From: an uncultured delta proteobacterium
Lineage (GTDB): Bacteria; Myxococcota; Myxococcia; Myxococcales; Anaeromyxobacteraceae
Assembly (NCBI GenBank): GCA_963814585.1
Contig: CAWFDF010000014.1
Coordinates: forward strand, 64,001-128,000
Length of the DNA: 64,000 nt
Direction of reading: 5' to 3'
Shown piece after piece: positions 22,271 through 32,880 of the stretch; position 1 is the first letter of the stretch, and the number at the start of each line of letters is the position of its first letter. Under the pieces are notes generated by a model, which was not told the DNA's origin, did not search any database, and saw only the letters and a list, made by a program, of their open reading frames with translations. Both the position numbers and the translations under genes were made by a program.

Positions 22271-24148
22271 TCACGCCTGGTGGTCCGCCGCCTCGCGGAA
22301 GGCGGGATCGGCGGTGGCGTGGATCACCTGGCCGGGCCGGGCCAGCGCCTTGAGCATCCGGCCGGCGGTGCGCCGCACGCTGTCGGAGAGGCCGGCGAAG
22401 GCGTCCTCCAGGATGGCCACCGTCCGGCCGCCGGCCACCGCCTGGTCGAGGAGCGCCAGCTTGATGGCCAGGAAGACCAGGTCGCGCTCGGATGGCGGCA
22501 AGGTCATGGCCGGGATGGCTCGCCCTCCGCTCACCACCTGCACGTTGCCGCGGTCGTCGGCGCCCACGCCGGTCAGCCGGTTGAGGGTGAAGCCGGCGAC
22601 CGCCTGCGAGGCCTTGGCCGCCAGCCCTCTCGCCACCGAGGCCGGGCTCCCGCCCAGCAGCAGCGCCGCCCGTTCCAGCAGGCCGCGAAGCGGCTCGCCG
22701 CCCGCCACCGCCGCAACGGGGAGCGCCGGCGTCGGGGCAGCCACCGGGGCCTGGGGCGCCGACGCCTCGGCCTCGACGCGGGCCAGCTCGGCCTGGACCG
22801 ACTGGGCGTCGCGCACGAAGCCGCCGACCTGCTGCGAGAGCCTGGTCTCCACCTGGCGCAGCTCCTCCTCGACCTGCCGCCGCGCGGCGAGGGCGTCGGT
22901 GGTCTGGGCGTCGGCCTCCCAGTCCGCCAGACGCTGCCGGGCCTCGGCCACCCCTTGCTCGGCGACCGCCAGGCGCTCCAGGGCGTCCTTCAGCTCGCTG
23001 GCCCTGGTGAACCCCAGCGACTTGAGCGCGTCGTGAACCAGCCCGGCGTCGCGGGCGAACTGGGCCTGGACCCGGGAGGACCACTCGTCGATGACCTGGC
23101 CGCGCCTCCCGATCCGCCCCCAGGCCTCGTGCGCGTCGATCCAGCGGAGCGCGAGCCACGCCGACCAGCCGAAGGCCGGGATGTCGAGCAGCGCCAGGTA
23201 GCGCAGGCCGGAGTCGCCGGCCGCGAGGCCGGCCGTGAGGAACGCCAGCCCGCCCAGCACGCCGGCCAGGAACGGCGGCGCCGTCCAGACCGGCGGCGGC
23301 GCCCCACGGGCCCGCGCCTCGTCGATGGCCTCGCGCTCGCCCGCGATCCTGGCCTCGGCGTCGGCCCGCCTGGCCGCCGACCTCTCGAACGCCACCAGCC
23401 TGGCCGGCGGGTCGCCCAGCGCGGCGGCCACCCGGGCCACCGGCTCCAGCGCTGCCCGCTCGGCCTCCGCGGCGGCCAGCCCCTCGTTCACCCGCTCCCC
23501 GCTCTTGAGGGCCTCCTCCAGCTTGAAGAGGCGCGACTGGGCGTGGTCGAGCTGCTGCTGCAGCTTCTCCGCGACCCGGGACCGCTCCAGCTCCCCGCGC
23601 AGCTCCTCGATCCGCTTGCGCGCCTGCTCGCCGCTGAGGGTGGCACGGGCCACGGCCGGGGAGGCCGGACCGGACCCGAGCCCGCCTGCCGCCCTGCTGG
23701 GGAGCTCGGAGGTGGCGATGGAGAGGAGCGCCGACAACCGCTCCTGGGAGGGGACGCCGACCGGACCTCCCAGGTAGCTCGCGATCTCGGCCAGGTCCTG
23801 CGACACCGGGGCGAAGGCGCGCTTCTCGGGATCGAAGCGATGGAGCTGGCAGCCTGCTCCGAAGTCACGCACCAGCCGGTAGGTGATCCGGTCGTCGCCG
23901 ACCAGCGTCAGTCCGGCCCGCACCGGGCCGCCACCGGGCGCGCCCTGGGCTCGCGCCAGGGCCTCGACGTCGCCGGGCTGGGGGTGGAGGAGCGCCTCGA
24001 GCAGCCGGCGCAGGGCGGCGCCATCGGCCGCCACCACGTTGTAGCCGGGGCGCAGCGTGGCGCGGCCGCCGGCAGGCGCCACGCCACGGACACCCTGGGC
24101 TGCGAACTCGAGGAGGAGCACGTCGGGCGATGCTAACGCCGCCGCCAT
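22271..24148 (-). CDS. Degenerate SMC/Rad50/YhaN-like coiled-coil protein with central hydrophobic hairpin
   Basis: Head-coil-TM-coil-head layout; 'LPPSERDLVFLAIKLAL', 'ILEDAFAGL', 'IHAT'. Confidence 0.7.
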   Translation of the reverse strand: MAAALASPDVLLLEFAAQGVRGVAPAGGRATLRPGYNVVAADGAALRRLLEALLHPQPGDVEALARAQGAPGGGPVRAGLTLVGDDRITYRLVRDFGAGCQLHRFDPEKRAFAPVSQDLAEIASYLGGPVGVPSQERLSALLSIATSELPSRAAGGLGSGPASPAVARATLSGEQARKRIEELRGELERSRVAEKLQQQLDHAQSRLFKLEEALKSGERVNEGLAAAEAERAALEPVARVAAALGDPPARLVAFERSAARRADAEARIAGEREAIDEARARGAPPPVWTAPPFLAGVLGGLAFLTAGLAAGDSGLRYLALLDIPAFGWSAWLALRWIDAHEAWGRIGRRGQVIDEWSSRVQAQFARDAGLVHDALKSLGFTRASELKDALERLAVAEQGVAEARQRLADWEADAQTTDALAARRQVEEELRQVETRLSQQVGGFVRDAQSVQAELARVEAEASAPQAPVAAPTPALPVAAVAGGEPLRGLLERAALLLGGSPASVARGLAAKASQAVAGFTLNRLTGVGADDRGNVQVVSGGRAIPAMTLPPSERDLVFLAIKLALLDQAVAGGRTVAILEDAFAGLSDSVRRTAGRMLKALARPGQVIHATADPAFREAADHQA

Positions 24149-24187
24149 CCAACTGGAAGGACGGCGTGGCCCGGCCGGGCCGGGAGG

Positions 24188-24571
24188 CTACGCCGGCCCG
24201 GCCACCGGGGCCACCACCCCGGCGCCCTCGTCGTGGGTGAGGCGGGCGGCCTTGCCCTTGAGGTCTCGCAGGTAGAACAGGCGTGAGCGCCGGACGTCAC
24301 CGTGGTTCACCACCTCGATCTTGTCGATGCGAGGGCTGTGGGTCGGGAAGATGCGCTCCACGCCGACGCCGTAGCTCACCTTGCGGACCGTGAAGGTGCC
24401 GCGGGGGCCCCCTTCCCGCTTGGCGATGATCACGCCCTCGAAGATCTGGATGCGCTCCTTGTCGCCTTCCTTGATCTTGGTGTGGACCTTCACCTGGTCT
24501 CCGGCGCGGAGCGCGGGGACGTTCGACTTCAGGTACTTCGCCTCGACGGCGGCAATCGCGTCACGCAGCAT
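24188..24571 (-). CDS. rplS: 50S ribosomal protein L19
   Basis: [26 protein letters not shown]. Confidence 0.97.
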   Translation of the reverse strand: MLRDAIAAVEAKYLKSNVPALRAGDQVKVHTKIKEGDKERIQIFEGVIIAKREGGPRGTFTVRKVSYGVGVERIFPTHSPRIDKIEVVNHGDVRRSRLFYLRDLKGKAARLTHDEGAGVVAPVAGPA

Positions 24572-24600
24572 GGCCTGTCCTTCTCCTTGGAACCGCTCTT

Positions 24601-25347
24601 CTACAACTCGTCGTCGCCGGCGTCGAGGAGGAGTCGATCCTCCTCCGTCAACCGGCCCCCCTCGAGGAGGTCCGGCCGCCGATCCCGGGTGGCCCGCAGC
24701 GCCTCGCGCCGCCTCCACCGCTCGATCCGCCGGTGATCCCCCGAGAGGAGGACCTCCGGCACCTGGTTCCCCCGGAACACCGGGGGGCGGGTGTAGTGGG
24801 GGTGCTCGAGCACCCCGTCCTGCCCCGCGAAGCTCTCATCTCCCGCCGAGGCCTCGTTGCCGAGCACCCCGGGTATCAGCCGCGCGGCCGCATCCACCAC
24901 GCACAGCGCCGCCAGCTCCCCGCCGGTCAGGACGAAATCCCCGACCGACACCTCCAGGTCGATCGAGCCCGACACCCGCTCGTCGACGCCTTCGTACCTC
25001 CCGCAGACCAGGATGAGCTTGCCGTGCCCGGCCAGCGTCCTCGCCCGCGCCTGATCGAACCTGGCGCCTCGCGGGCTCATCAGCACCGCCAGCGCGCCCG
25101 GCAGCCGCGCCCGGGCCGCCTCGATGGCGGCCGTGAGCGGCTCTGGCTTCATCACCATGCCCGCCCCGCCGCCGTACGGCGCGTCGTCGGCGACCCGGTG
25201 CTTGCCTTCGGCGTGGTCGCGGATGTCCACCACCCGCACCGTCAGGAGCCCGCTCTCCTGCGCCTTCCCGAGGATGCTCTCCCCGAGATATCCCGAGCAC
25301 ATGCGCGGGAACAGCGTCAGGATCTCGACCTCCAGCTTGCCAGCCAC
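24601..25347 (-). CDS. trmD: tRNA (guanine37-N1)-methyltransferase
   Basis: [27 protein letters not shown]. Confidence 0.97.
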   Translation of the reverse strand: MAGKLEVEILTLFPRMCSGYLGESILGKAQESGLLTVRVVDIRDHAEGKHRVADDAPYGGGAGMVMKPEPLTAAIEAARARLPGALAVLMSPRGARFDQARARTLAGHGKLILVCGRYEGVDERVSGSIDLEVSVGDFVLTGGELAALCVVDAAARLIPGVLGNEASAGDESFAGQDGVLEHPHYTRPPVFRGNQVPEVLLSGDHRRIERWRRREALRATRDRRPDLLEGGRLTEEDRLLLDAGDDEL

Positions 25348-25362
25348 GCCCTCACCTCGTCT

Positions 25363-25875
25363 TCAGGGTCCTTCCGTCCCTCCCGGCCCGTCGAGCAGTC
25401 CCGCCGGCGGGTCCACCACGATCCGCTTCGCTTGAAGGTCCACCTCGGCATACGGTGCGAGCGGTATCAGCACCTCACCGCGCTCGCCGGTCACCACCAG
25501 CACGTCCACCCCTCCGGTCTCGTACAGCCCGGTCACCGTGCCCAGCCTCTCGCCCTGCACCGTCACCACCGGCAGCCCCTCGAGGTCGGCCCAGTAGTGG
25601 CTCCCCTCCCCGGCCTCGCCCAGCTCGTCCCGCTCGGCCAGCACCGTGGATCCGACCAGGCCCTCCGCGGCCGCCCGGTCCGGGATCCCCTCCAGCCGCA
25701 CCGCCCAGACCTTCCCCTGGGGCCTCGCCTCCAGGACCGCCAGCCGCCGCTGCTGGCCACCCCGCTCCAGCACCACCTGGCCGAGCCGGGCCAGGCCACC
25801 GTCCGTGCCACCGATCCCGACGAAGCCCTTGAGCCCCACCGCCCGCGTCACCCGGCCGATGGAGACCAGCGCCAT
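25363..25875 (-). CDS. rimM: 16S rRNA processing protein
   Basis: GRV..AVGLKG, YWADLEG, PRC barrel; operon position. Confidence 0.92.
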   Translation of the reverse strand: MALVSIGRVTRAVGLKGFVGIGGTDGGLARLGQVVLERGGQQRRLAVLEARPQGKVWAVRLEGIPDRAAAEGLVGSTVLAERDELGEAGEGSHYWADLEGLPVVTVQGERLGTVTGLYETGGVDVLVVTGERGEVLIPLAPYAEVDLQAKRIVVDPPAGLLDGPGGTEGP

Positions 25876-25878
25876 GGC

Positions 25879-26109
25879 TCAGTCGAGGATGTCGAGCACG
25901 GCGCGCCGGCCCTGCTGGCGCGCCGCGGCGTCGAGCACGGTCCGGAAGGCCTTGGCGGTCCGCCCGCCGCGGCCGATGACGCGCCCGAGGTCGTCGCGGG
26001 CCACCGTCAGCTCGAAGACGGTCGAGCGATCACGCTCGATGGCCTCCACGGTCACGGCGCCCCGGTCTTCGACGAGCTCGCGGGCGAGCCAGAGGACGAG
26101 GTCTCGCAC
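25879..26109 (-). CDS. khpA: KH-domain RNA-binding protein
   Basis: DLGRVIGRGGRTAKAFR; lies between rpsP and rimM. Confidence 0.9.
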   Translation of the reverse strand: MRDLVLWLARELVEDRGAVTVEAIERDRSTVFELTVARDDLGRVIGRGGRTAKAFRTVLDAAARQQGRRAVLDILD

Positions 26110-26122
26110 CTGCGCCTCGGAC

Positions 26123-26383
26123 CTACTTGGCCGCCGCCGGCTTGGCCAGCTTGGACCGCTTGAGCAGCATCGCCACGGTCTGGCTGGGACGCGCCCCGGC
26201 GGCCAGCCAGTGCTGGACCCGCTCGGCCTTGAACTGGATCAACGCGGGCTTCCTCGTCGGGTCGTACATCCCGACGTCCTCGAGGTACTTGCCGTCGCGC
26301 GGCTTGCGCGAGTCGGTCGCCACCACGTGATAGAAGGGCGCCTTGTGCGTCCCCGCACGCGACAGCCGCAGAACAACCGCCAT
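26123..26383 (-). CDS. rpsP: 30S ribosomal protein S16
   Basis: MAVVLRLSRAG..PFYHVVATDSR..RDG. Confidence 0.97.
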   Translation of the reverse strand: MAVVLRLSRAGTHKAPFYHVVATDSRKPRDGKYLEDVGMYDPTRKPALIQFKAERVQHWLAAGARPSQTVAMLLKRSKLAKPAAAK

Positions 26384-26433
26384 GTGAACCTCACTCCTCG
26401 GCCCCACCGCTGGTGGGCGCCGGATCACGACCG

Positions 26434-26871
26434 CTACTCCGCGGTCTTCTTGGTCTTGGCCTTCGTGGCCTTGGACGTGGTGGCCTTGGTCTCGCCCTCG
26501 GGCTCGGCCGCCGGGGTCTTCTCGACCAGCTCGATCACCGCCATCTCGGCGTTGTCGCCGGCGCGGCGCCCCACCCGGATGATGCGGGTGTAGCCGCCCG
26601 GCCGGGACTTGAAGCGCGCGGCCACCGGGCCGAACAGCTTCACCAGCACCTCGACGTCGCGGATGTCGCGGTGGAGGAGCCGGCGCGCGTGCGGGGTGCC
26701 GCGCTTGGCCATGGTGATCGCCTTGTCGGCGATCCGCTTCAGCTCCTTGGCCTTCGGCGTGGTGGTGACGATCTTCTCGTGACGGATCAGCGAGGTCACC
26801 ATGTTCTTGAACATGGCCGTACGGTGCTCGGTGGTGCGATCGAGCCTGCGGCCGACAATCCGATGCTTCAT
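26434..26871 (-). CDS. rplQ: 50S ribosomal protein L17
   Basis: MKHR..R.L.R...[17 protein letters not shown]. Confidence 0.97.
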   Translation of the reverse strand: MKHRIVGRRLDRTTEHRTAMFKNMVTSLIRHEKIVTTTPKAKELKRIADKAITMAKRGTPHARRLLHRDIRDVEVLVKLFGPVAARFKSRPGGYTRIIRVGRRAGDNAEMAVIELVEKTPAAEPEGETKATTSKATKAKTKKTAE

Positions 26872-26898
26872 CTGGTTCTTCCTTTCGGCGCCGCGGCG

Positions 26899-27918
26899 CT
26901 AGACCTTCGGCACGACCGGGGCGATCTTCGGCGGCCAGCTCTCGAGCTTCATCCCGAGCGAAAGACCCATCTCGGCCAGGATCTCCTTGATCTCCTTCAG
27001 CGACTTGCGGCCGAAGTTCTTGGTCTTCAGCATCTCGGCCTCGGTCTTCTGCACCAGGTCGCCGATGGTCTTGATGTTGGCGTTCTGGAGGCAGTTGGCG
27101 CTGCGGACCGAGAGCTCCAGCTCGTCCACCGAGCGGAAGAGGTTCTCGTTGAGCTTGTGCTCCTCCACCGGCTTCACGTCCTCGACGGGCTCTTCGGTCT
27201 CGTCGAAGTTGATGAAGATGGAGAGCTGCTCCTTGATGATCTTGGCGGCGAAGGCCACCGCGTCGGCCGGGGTCACCGAGCCGTCGGTCCAGACCTCCAG
27301 CGTCAGCTTGTCGTAGTCGGTCTGCTGGCCGACGCGGGCGTTGGTGACCTGGTAGTTGACCTTGCGGACCGGGCTGAAGAGCGCGTCGATGGGGATGGTC
27401 CCGAGCGGCGCGCCGGGGACCTTGTTCTTGTCGGCCGAGACGTAGCTGCGGCCGCGGCGGGCGGTCATCTCCATCCGCACCCGTCCACCCTCGCTGATGG
27501 TGAGGATGTGGTGGCCGGGGTTGAGCACCTCGACCTGGCCGTCGGCGATGATGTCGCCCGCCTTGATCTCCCGCGGGCCATCGGCCTCGATCCGGACGGT
27601 CTTCACCTCGTTGGTGTGGATCTGGAGGAGGACCTCCTTGAGGTTGAGGATGATGTCGGTGACGTCCTCGGCGACCTCGGGGATGGTCATGAACTCGTGC
27701 TCGACGCCCTCGACCTTGATCGAGGTGATGGCGGCGCCCTGCAGGCTGGAGAGGAGCACGCGGCGCAGCGCGTTGCCGAGCGTGATCCCGAAGCCGCGCT
27801 CCAGCGGCTCGGCCACGAACTTGCCGTAGGTGTTGGAGAGGGACTCCTGGTCGATGGTCAGGCCGCGAGGCTTGATGAGATCTCGCCAGTTCTTGGTGGT
27901 GATCGCGTCGGACGCCAT
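26899..27918 (-). CDS. rpoA: RNA polymerase alpha subunit
   Basis: [40 protein letters not shown]. Confidence 0.98.
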   Translation of the reverse strand: MASDAITTKNWRDLIKPRGLTIDQESLSNTYGKFVAEPLERGFGITLGNALRRVLLSSLQGAAITSIKVEGVEHEFMTIPEVAEDVTDIILNLKEVLLQIHTNEVKTVRIEADGPREIKAGDIIADGQVEVLNPGHHILTISEGGRVRMEMTARRGRSYVSADKNKVPGAPLGTIPIDALFSPVRKVNYQVTNARVGQQTDYDKLTLEVWTDGSVTPADAVAFAAKIIKEQLSIFINFDETEEPVEDVKPVEEHKLNENLFRSVDELELSVRSANCLQNANIKTIGDLVQKTEAEMLKTKNFGRKSLKEIKEILAEMGLSLGMKLESWPPKIAPVVPKV

Positions 27919-28052
27919 GGGCTGTCTCCTTGCGCCGCCGCCCCCGCCCCGTCGCCGCCCAGCCAGGCGGATCGGGGCACCGTGGGACGCGCGGCCGTTG
28001 ACGTCGCGGGCCCGGCCTCGGCCGGGCCTGCGTCGTGTTGGAACGGCTGCAG

Positions 28053-28679
28053 CTACTTCGAGTACAGCTCGACGATGAGCTGCTCCTGGATGGGCATGGT
28101 GATGTCCTCGCGCGCCGGCGAGGTCTTCACGGTGCCCTTCTGGGCGGCCTTGTCCAGCTCCAGCCACGCCGGCACGCCGCGGCGGTCCACCGCCTCGAGC
28201 GCCTCGACGATGCGGGCGACCTTCCTGGACCGCTCCTTGAGCTCGACCACGTCGCCGACCCGGCACACGTAGCTGGCGATGTTGACCTTGCGGCCGTTCA
28301 CCCTGAAGTGGCCGTGGCGGACCAGCTGCCGGGCCTCGTTGCGGGTGTCGGCGAAGCCCATGCGGAAGACCACGTTGTCGAGCCGGAGCTCGAGGGCCTG
28401 CAGCAGGTTCTCGCCGGTCTTGCCCTTGGAGGCGGCGGCGTTGGCGTAGGCGTGGCGGAAGCCGGCCTCGAGGAGGCCGTACATGCGCTTCACCTTCTGC
28501 TTCTCGCGGAGCTGGACGCCGTACTCCGAGAACTTCACGCGACCCTGGCCGTGCTGGCCAGGCGGGTACGGGCGGCGCTCGATGGCGCACTTGTCCGTGT
28601 AGCAGCGGTCGCCCTTGAGGTACATCTTGAGGTTTTCCCGGCGGCAGAGCCGGCAGACGCTTTCGCAGTAACGAGCCAA
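28053..28679 (-). CDS. rpsD: 30S ribosomal protein S4 (Zn-binding type)
   Basis: [25 protein letters not shown] start. Confidence 0.97.
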   Translation of the reverse strand: MARYCESVCRLCRRENLKMYLKGDRCYTDKCAIERRPYPPGQHGQGRVKFSEYGVQLREKQKVKRMYGLLEAGFRHAYANAAASKGKTGENLLQALELRLDNVVFRMGFADTRNEARQLVRHGHFRVNGRKVNIASYVCRVGDVVELKERSRKVARIVEALEAVDRRGVPAWLELDKAAQKGTVKTSPAREDITMPIQEQLIVELYSK

Positions 28680-28692
28680 GGTGTTCTCCTGA

Positions 28693-29205
28693 TCAGACGC
28701 GGCGGCGCTTGGGCGGCCGGCAGCCGTTGTGCGGGATCGGGGTGACGTCCCGGATGAGCGAGATCTTGAGGCCGGCGGCGGCCAGCGCGCGGAGCGCCGA
28801 CTCCCGTCCCGCGCCCGGACCGGTCACCACCACCGAGACGCTCTTCAGGCCGTGCTCCATGGCCTTGGCAGCGGCGTCCCCGGCGGCGACCTGCGCGGCG
28901 AAGGGGGTCGACTTGCGCGAGCCCTTGAAGCCACGGGCGCCGGCGCTCGACCAGGAGATGACGTTCCCGGTGACGTCGGTGATGGTGATCATCGTGTTGT
29001 TGAAGCTCGCGGCGATGTGCACGATGCCGCTGGCGATGTTCTTCTTGACCCGCTTCTTCCCCTTCTTCGGGGTGACGGGCGAAGCGGTGATGGGCTCGAT
29101 GCCGCCCAGGTTGGGCACGGAGGGGGTGCTCTCCTCGGCCTTGGGCGCCACGGCCACTTCAGGCTTCCTGGCGGGCTTCTCGGTCGTCTGCTTCTCGTCG
29201 GCCAC
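28693..29205 (-). CDS. rpsK: 30S ribosomal protein S11 (long N-terminal extension)
   Basis: [33 protein letters not shown]. Confidence 0.97.
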   Translation of the reverse strand: MADEKQTTEKPARKPEVAVAPKAEESTPSVPNLGGIEPITASPVTPKKGKKRVKKNIASGIVHIAASFNNTMITITDVTGNVISWSSAGARGFKGSRKSTPFAAQVAAGDAAAKAMEHGLKSVSVVVTGPGAGRESALRALAAAGLKISLIRDVTPIPHNGCRPPKRRRV

Positions 29206-29235
29206 TCGTCGTTCTCCGATGATGGAAGGGCGCCG

Positions 29236-29625
29236 CTACTTCGGCGCCGGTGCCGCGGTGGGGGCCTTGCGGACCAGCCCCTTCTTCGGGCCCTTGCGCG
29301 TGCGGGCGTTGGTGTGGGTGCGCTGGCCGCGGACCGGCAGCCCCTTGCGGTGACGAAGGCCACGATAGCAGCCGAGGTCCATCAGCCGCTTGATGTTCAT
29401 CGAGATCTCGCGGCGGAGGTCGCCCTCCACCTTGAGCGACTGCTCGATGGCCTCGCGGATGCGGCGGACCTCGTCGTCGGTCAGGTCCTTGGTGCGGGTG
29501 GTCACGTCGACCTTGGCGCGATCGCACAGCGCCGCCGCGGTGGTCCGGCCGATTCCGTAGATGTACTGCAGGCTGACCTCGATCCGCTTCTCGCGGGGAA
29601 GGTCGACGCCAGCGATGCGAGCCAT
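29236..29625 (-). CDS. rpsM: 30S ribosomal protein S13
   Basis: [27 protein letters not shown]. Confidence 0.98.
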   Translation of the reverse strand: MARIAGVDLPREKRIEVSLQYIYGIGRTTAAALCDRAKVDVTTRTKDLTDDEVRRIREAIEQSLKVEGDLRREISMNIKRLMDLGCYRGLRHRKGLPVRGQRTHTNARTRKGPKKGLVRKAPTAAPAPK

Positions 29626-29652
29626 TCGTCTACTCTCCAGTCTCGCGCCGGG

Positions 29653-29769
29653 CTAGCCCTGGCGCTGCTTGTGACGGGGGTTGGCCGGGCAGATGATCCG
29701 CACGGTGCCCTTGCGCTTGATGACCTTGCACTTGTCGCAAATCTTCTTGACCGACGCGCGGACCTTCAT
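29653..29769 (-). CDS. rpmJ: 50S ribosomal protein L36
   Basis: [14 protein letters not shown]...HKQRQG. Confidence 0.97.
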   Translation of the reverse strand: MKVRASVKKICDKCKVIKRKGTVRIICPANPRHKQRQG

Positions 29770-29933
29770 GACCGACGCCTCCCTGAGCTGCGCCATCCAA
29801 AGACGAGAAGCCCCGCCGCGGCTTCCGGCGGGACCGGCGGTGAGAGCCTCCGCGCTCTCGACACCAAACCGCCCGATATTCTCCGGGATTTCCCGGCTGG
29901 GCCGCGTCCTGCACGCGGCTTTGCGGAGGCGGC

Positions 29934-29962
29934 TCTTTAACACAGGGCTTTTTCAGGTGCAA
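29934..29962 (-). promoter_or_regulatory. Internal sigma-70 promoter for rpmJ and the alpha operon
   Basis: TTGCAC-N17-TAAAGA with TG extension, in an AT-richer patch. Confidence 0.55.
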
Positions 29963-30036
29963 GCGACCGCGCTGAACCCGGAATCAACCCTTCACCCTCA
30001 CCACCTGTCGACGGGTGCCCCAGAAGCGGCACCCAG

Positions 30037-30804
30037 TCATAACGTCAGGACTTCTGGCCCTTTTTCGGTAACCAGCACGGTGTGCTCGAAATGGGCGGAG
30101 AGCCGGCCGTCCACCGTGTAGGCGGTCCAGCCGTCGGCGCGGGTGTCGACCTCGCAGCGGCCCGCGTTGACCATCGGCTCGATGGCCAGGGCCATCCCGG
30201 GCCGGAGCCGGGGCCCCGTCCCGGGGGTGCCGAAGTTGGGGATCTGCGGCGGCTCGTGGAGGCGGCGGCCGATCCCGTGGCCGACGAAGTCCCGGACCAC
30301 CGAGAACCCGGCCGGCTCGACGCAGCGCTGGACGGCGGCGCCCAGATCGCCGACCCGGGCATCCGGACGGACCTCGGCCACCGCCGCGTCCAGCGCCGCG
30401 CTGGTGACCTCCAGCAGCCGGCGCGCCTCGTCGCTCACCGCGCCGACCGCGACGGTGATGGCGGCGTCGCCGTAGAACCCGTCGAGCACCACGCCGAAGT
30501 CGAGGCCCACGACGTCCCCCGCCCGCAGCAGCCGCGACGCCGAGGGGATGCCGTGCACCACCTCCTCGTTGACCGAGGCGCACAGCGTGGCCGGGTAGCC
30601 GTGGTAGCCCTTGAAGGCCGGCTCGGCGCCGCGCCGGCGCGCGCCTTCCTCGGCGAGCCGATCGAGATCGAGCGTGCTGATCCCGGGTGCGACCGCGGCG
30701 CGCAGCTCGGCGAGGACCTCGGCCACCACGCGGCAGGCGGCTCGCAGGCGCACGATCTCCTCGGGGGACTTGACGACGATCCGTTCGCCCGAGCGCGCGT
30801 CCAT
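30037..30804 (-). CDS. map: Methionine aminopeptidase type I
   Basis: SVNEEVVHGIP, GHGIG..LHEPP, AIEPM, SAHFEHT. Confidence 0.96.
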   Translation of the reverse strand: MDARSGERIVVKSPEEIVRLRAACRVVAEVLAELRAAVAPGISTLDLDRLAEEGARRRGAEPAFKGYHGYPATLCASVNEEVVHGIPSASRLLRAGDVVGLDFGVVLDGFYGDAAITVAVGAVSDEARRLLEVTSAALDAAVAEVRPDARVGDLGAAVQRCVEPAGFSVVRDFVGHGIGRRLHEPPQIPNFGTPGTGPRLRPGMALAIEPMVNAGRCEVDTRADGWTAYTVDGRLSAHFEHTVLVTEKGPEVLTL

Positions 30805-30822
30805 GGATCCTCGGTGGTGCGG

Positions 30823-31467
30823 CTACCGGCCGAGCCGGCGGCGCGTCTCGGAGAGGATGGCGTCGGGGGCGCCCAGGCCGTCGAGCTCGACCACCAGCCC
30901 GCGCCTGGCGTAGTAGGCCTTGAGCGGCGCCGTCTTGCTGGCGTACTCCTGCATGCGGCGCCGGACGTTCTCGGGGCGGTCGTCCTCGCGCTGCACCAGC
31001 GCGGCGCCATCCCGGTCGCAGACCCCCACCCGCCTGGGCGGGTTCTGCACCAGGTGGTAGACGGCGCCGCAGCCGGGACAGGACCGCCGGCCGCCGATGC
31101 GCTCGACCAGGGCGTCCTCCGACACCTCGTAGGAGACGGCCTTGCCCACGGACTGGCCCAGCTTCGCCAGCAACCGGTCGAGGTGCTCGGCCTGCCCCAC
31201 GGTGCGCGGGTAGCCATCGAGGATGCAGCCCGGCAGCACGTCGGCACGGGCCAGCCGCTCGTCGACCATGGCGTTGGTGACGTCGTCGGTGACCAGGCCG
31301 CCCGAGTCCATGATGGCCTGGACCTTCCTGCCGATCTCGGTCCCGCGCGCCTTGTGGTCGCGGAACATGTCACCGGTGGAGATGTGTGGGATGGAGAGGG
31401 CCGAGGCCAGCAGCTTGGCCTGCGTGCCCTTCCCGGCGCCGGGCGGTCCGAGCAGGATCAGGATCAC
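30823..31467 (-). CDS. adk: Adenylate kinase
   Basis: [17 protein letters not shown], Zn LID CPGC..CDRD. Confidence 0.97.
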   Translation of the reverse strand: MILILLGPPGAGKGTQAKLLASALSIPHISTGDMFRDHKARGTEIGRKVQAIMDSGGLVTDDVTNAMVDERLARADVLPGCILDGYPRTVGQAEHLDRLLAKLGQSVGKAVSYEVSEDALVERIGGRRSCPGCGAVYHLVQNPPRRVGVCDRDGAALVQREDDRPENVRRRMQEYASKTAPLKAYYARRGLVVELDGLGAPDAILSETRRRLGR

Positions 31468-31518
31468 GTGTTCCCCCTCGCGTTCTGCCGGCGCCCGGGA
31501 AGCCGGGGGCCGGGGAGA

Positions 31519-32855
31519 TCATGCGCTGGCGGGCTGGCCGGCCCCGAGGCGGCGGCCGCGGATGCGCGGGCCGCGAGGACCGGTGAACCCCTCGTAGTGC
31601 CGGGTGATCAGGTGCCCCTCGATCTGCTGCACGGTGTCGAGGGCCACGCCGACCACGATGAGCAGCGAGGTGCCGCCGAAGTAGAAGGTGACGCCGAACT
31701 CGCTGGTGATGATGGTCGGCAGCACGCAGATGGCCGCCAGGTACATCGCCCCGCCGAAGGTGATGCGGGAGAGCACGTGGTCGATGTAGGTGGCGGTGTT
31801 CTTGCCCGGCCGGATGCCCGGGATGTAGCCGCCGTTCTTCTTGAGGTTGTCGGCCACGTCGACCGGGTTGAAGGTCACCGCCGTGTAGAAGTAGGCGAAG
31901 AAGACGATCAGCCCGACGTAGATGACGTTGTAGATCCAGGTGCCGGGAGAGAGCGCCTCCTGCAGCGCGCCCAGGAACGGGAACCAGCCGGCCAGCGTGG
32001 CGGGGAAGAGCAGCAGCGAGCTGGCGAAGATGGGCGGGATGACGCCCGAGGTGTTGACCTTGAGCGGCAGGTGCGTCGACTGCCCGCCGTAGGCCTTCCG
32101 GCCCACCACCCGCTTGGCGTACTGGATCGGGATGCGCCGCTGGCCGCGCTCCACGAAGACGATGACCCCGATGACCACCGCCATCACGATGCCGAGGATG
32201 AGGAGGCCGAGCTCGCTCACCTGCGACCCCGGGGCCCGGTAGGCCATGAAGGTCTCGTAGCCGGCGGCGGGGACGCGGGCCACGATGCCGGCGAAGATCA
32301 CCAGCGAGATGCCGTTGCCGATGCCCGCGCTCGGTGATCTGCTCGCCCATCCACATGATGAAGGCGGTGCCGGCGGTCAGCGAGACCATGGTCATGAGCC
32401 GGAAGCCCCAGCCCGGATCGGCGACCACCGAGAGGCCGGTGGAGTCCCGCAGCGTCTCCAGGTAGGTGGAGATGCCGTAGCCCTGGATGGCCGAGAGGAC
32501 GATCGTGCCGTAGCGGGTGTACTGGGTGATCTTGCGCCGCCCCAGCTCGCCCTTCCTTCTGCAGCTTCTCGAGGGCCGGGACCACGACCGTGAGCAGCTG
32601 CAGGATGATGGAGGCCGACACGTACGGCATGATGCCGAGGGCGAAGATCGAGAGCTGCTCGAGCGCGCCGCCGGAGAAGAAGTTGAGCAGGCCGAGCAGG
32701 CTGCCCTGCGAGACCACCCGCCGCATGGCGATGCGGTCCACGCCCGGGGTGGTCACGAAGATGCCGAGCCGGTAGACGGCCAGCATCCCGAGCGAGAAGA
32801 ACAGCCGCTTCCGCAGCTCGGGAATCCGGAAGATGTTGGTCAGTCCGCTCGCCAT
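31519..32855 (-). CDS. secY: Preprotein translocase SecY (apparent frameshifts near 32552 and 32327)
   Basis: [37 protein letters not shown] and GGTSLLI are spread over three frames. Confidence 0.95.
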
Positions 32856-32880
32856 TCGGATCCCCTCTCCCTTCCCCGTC

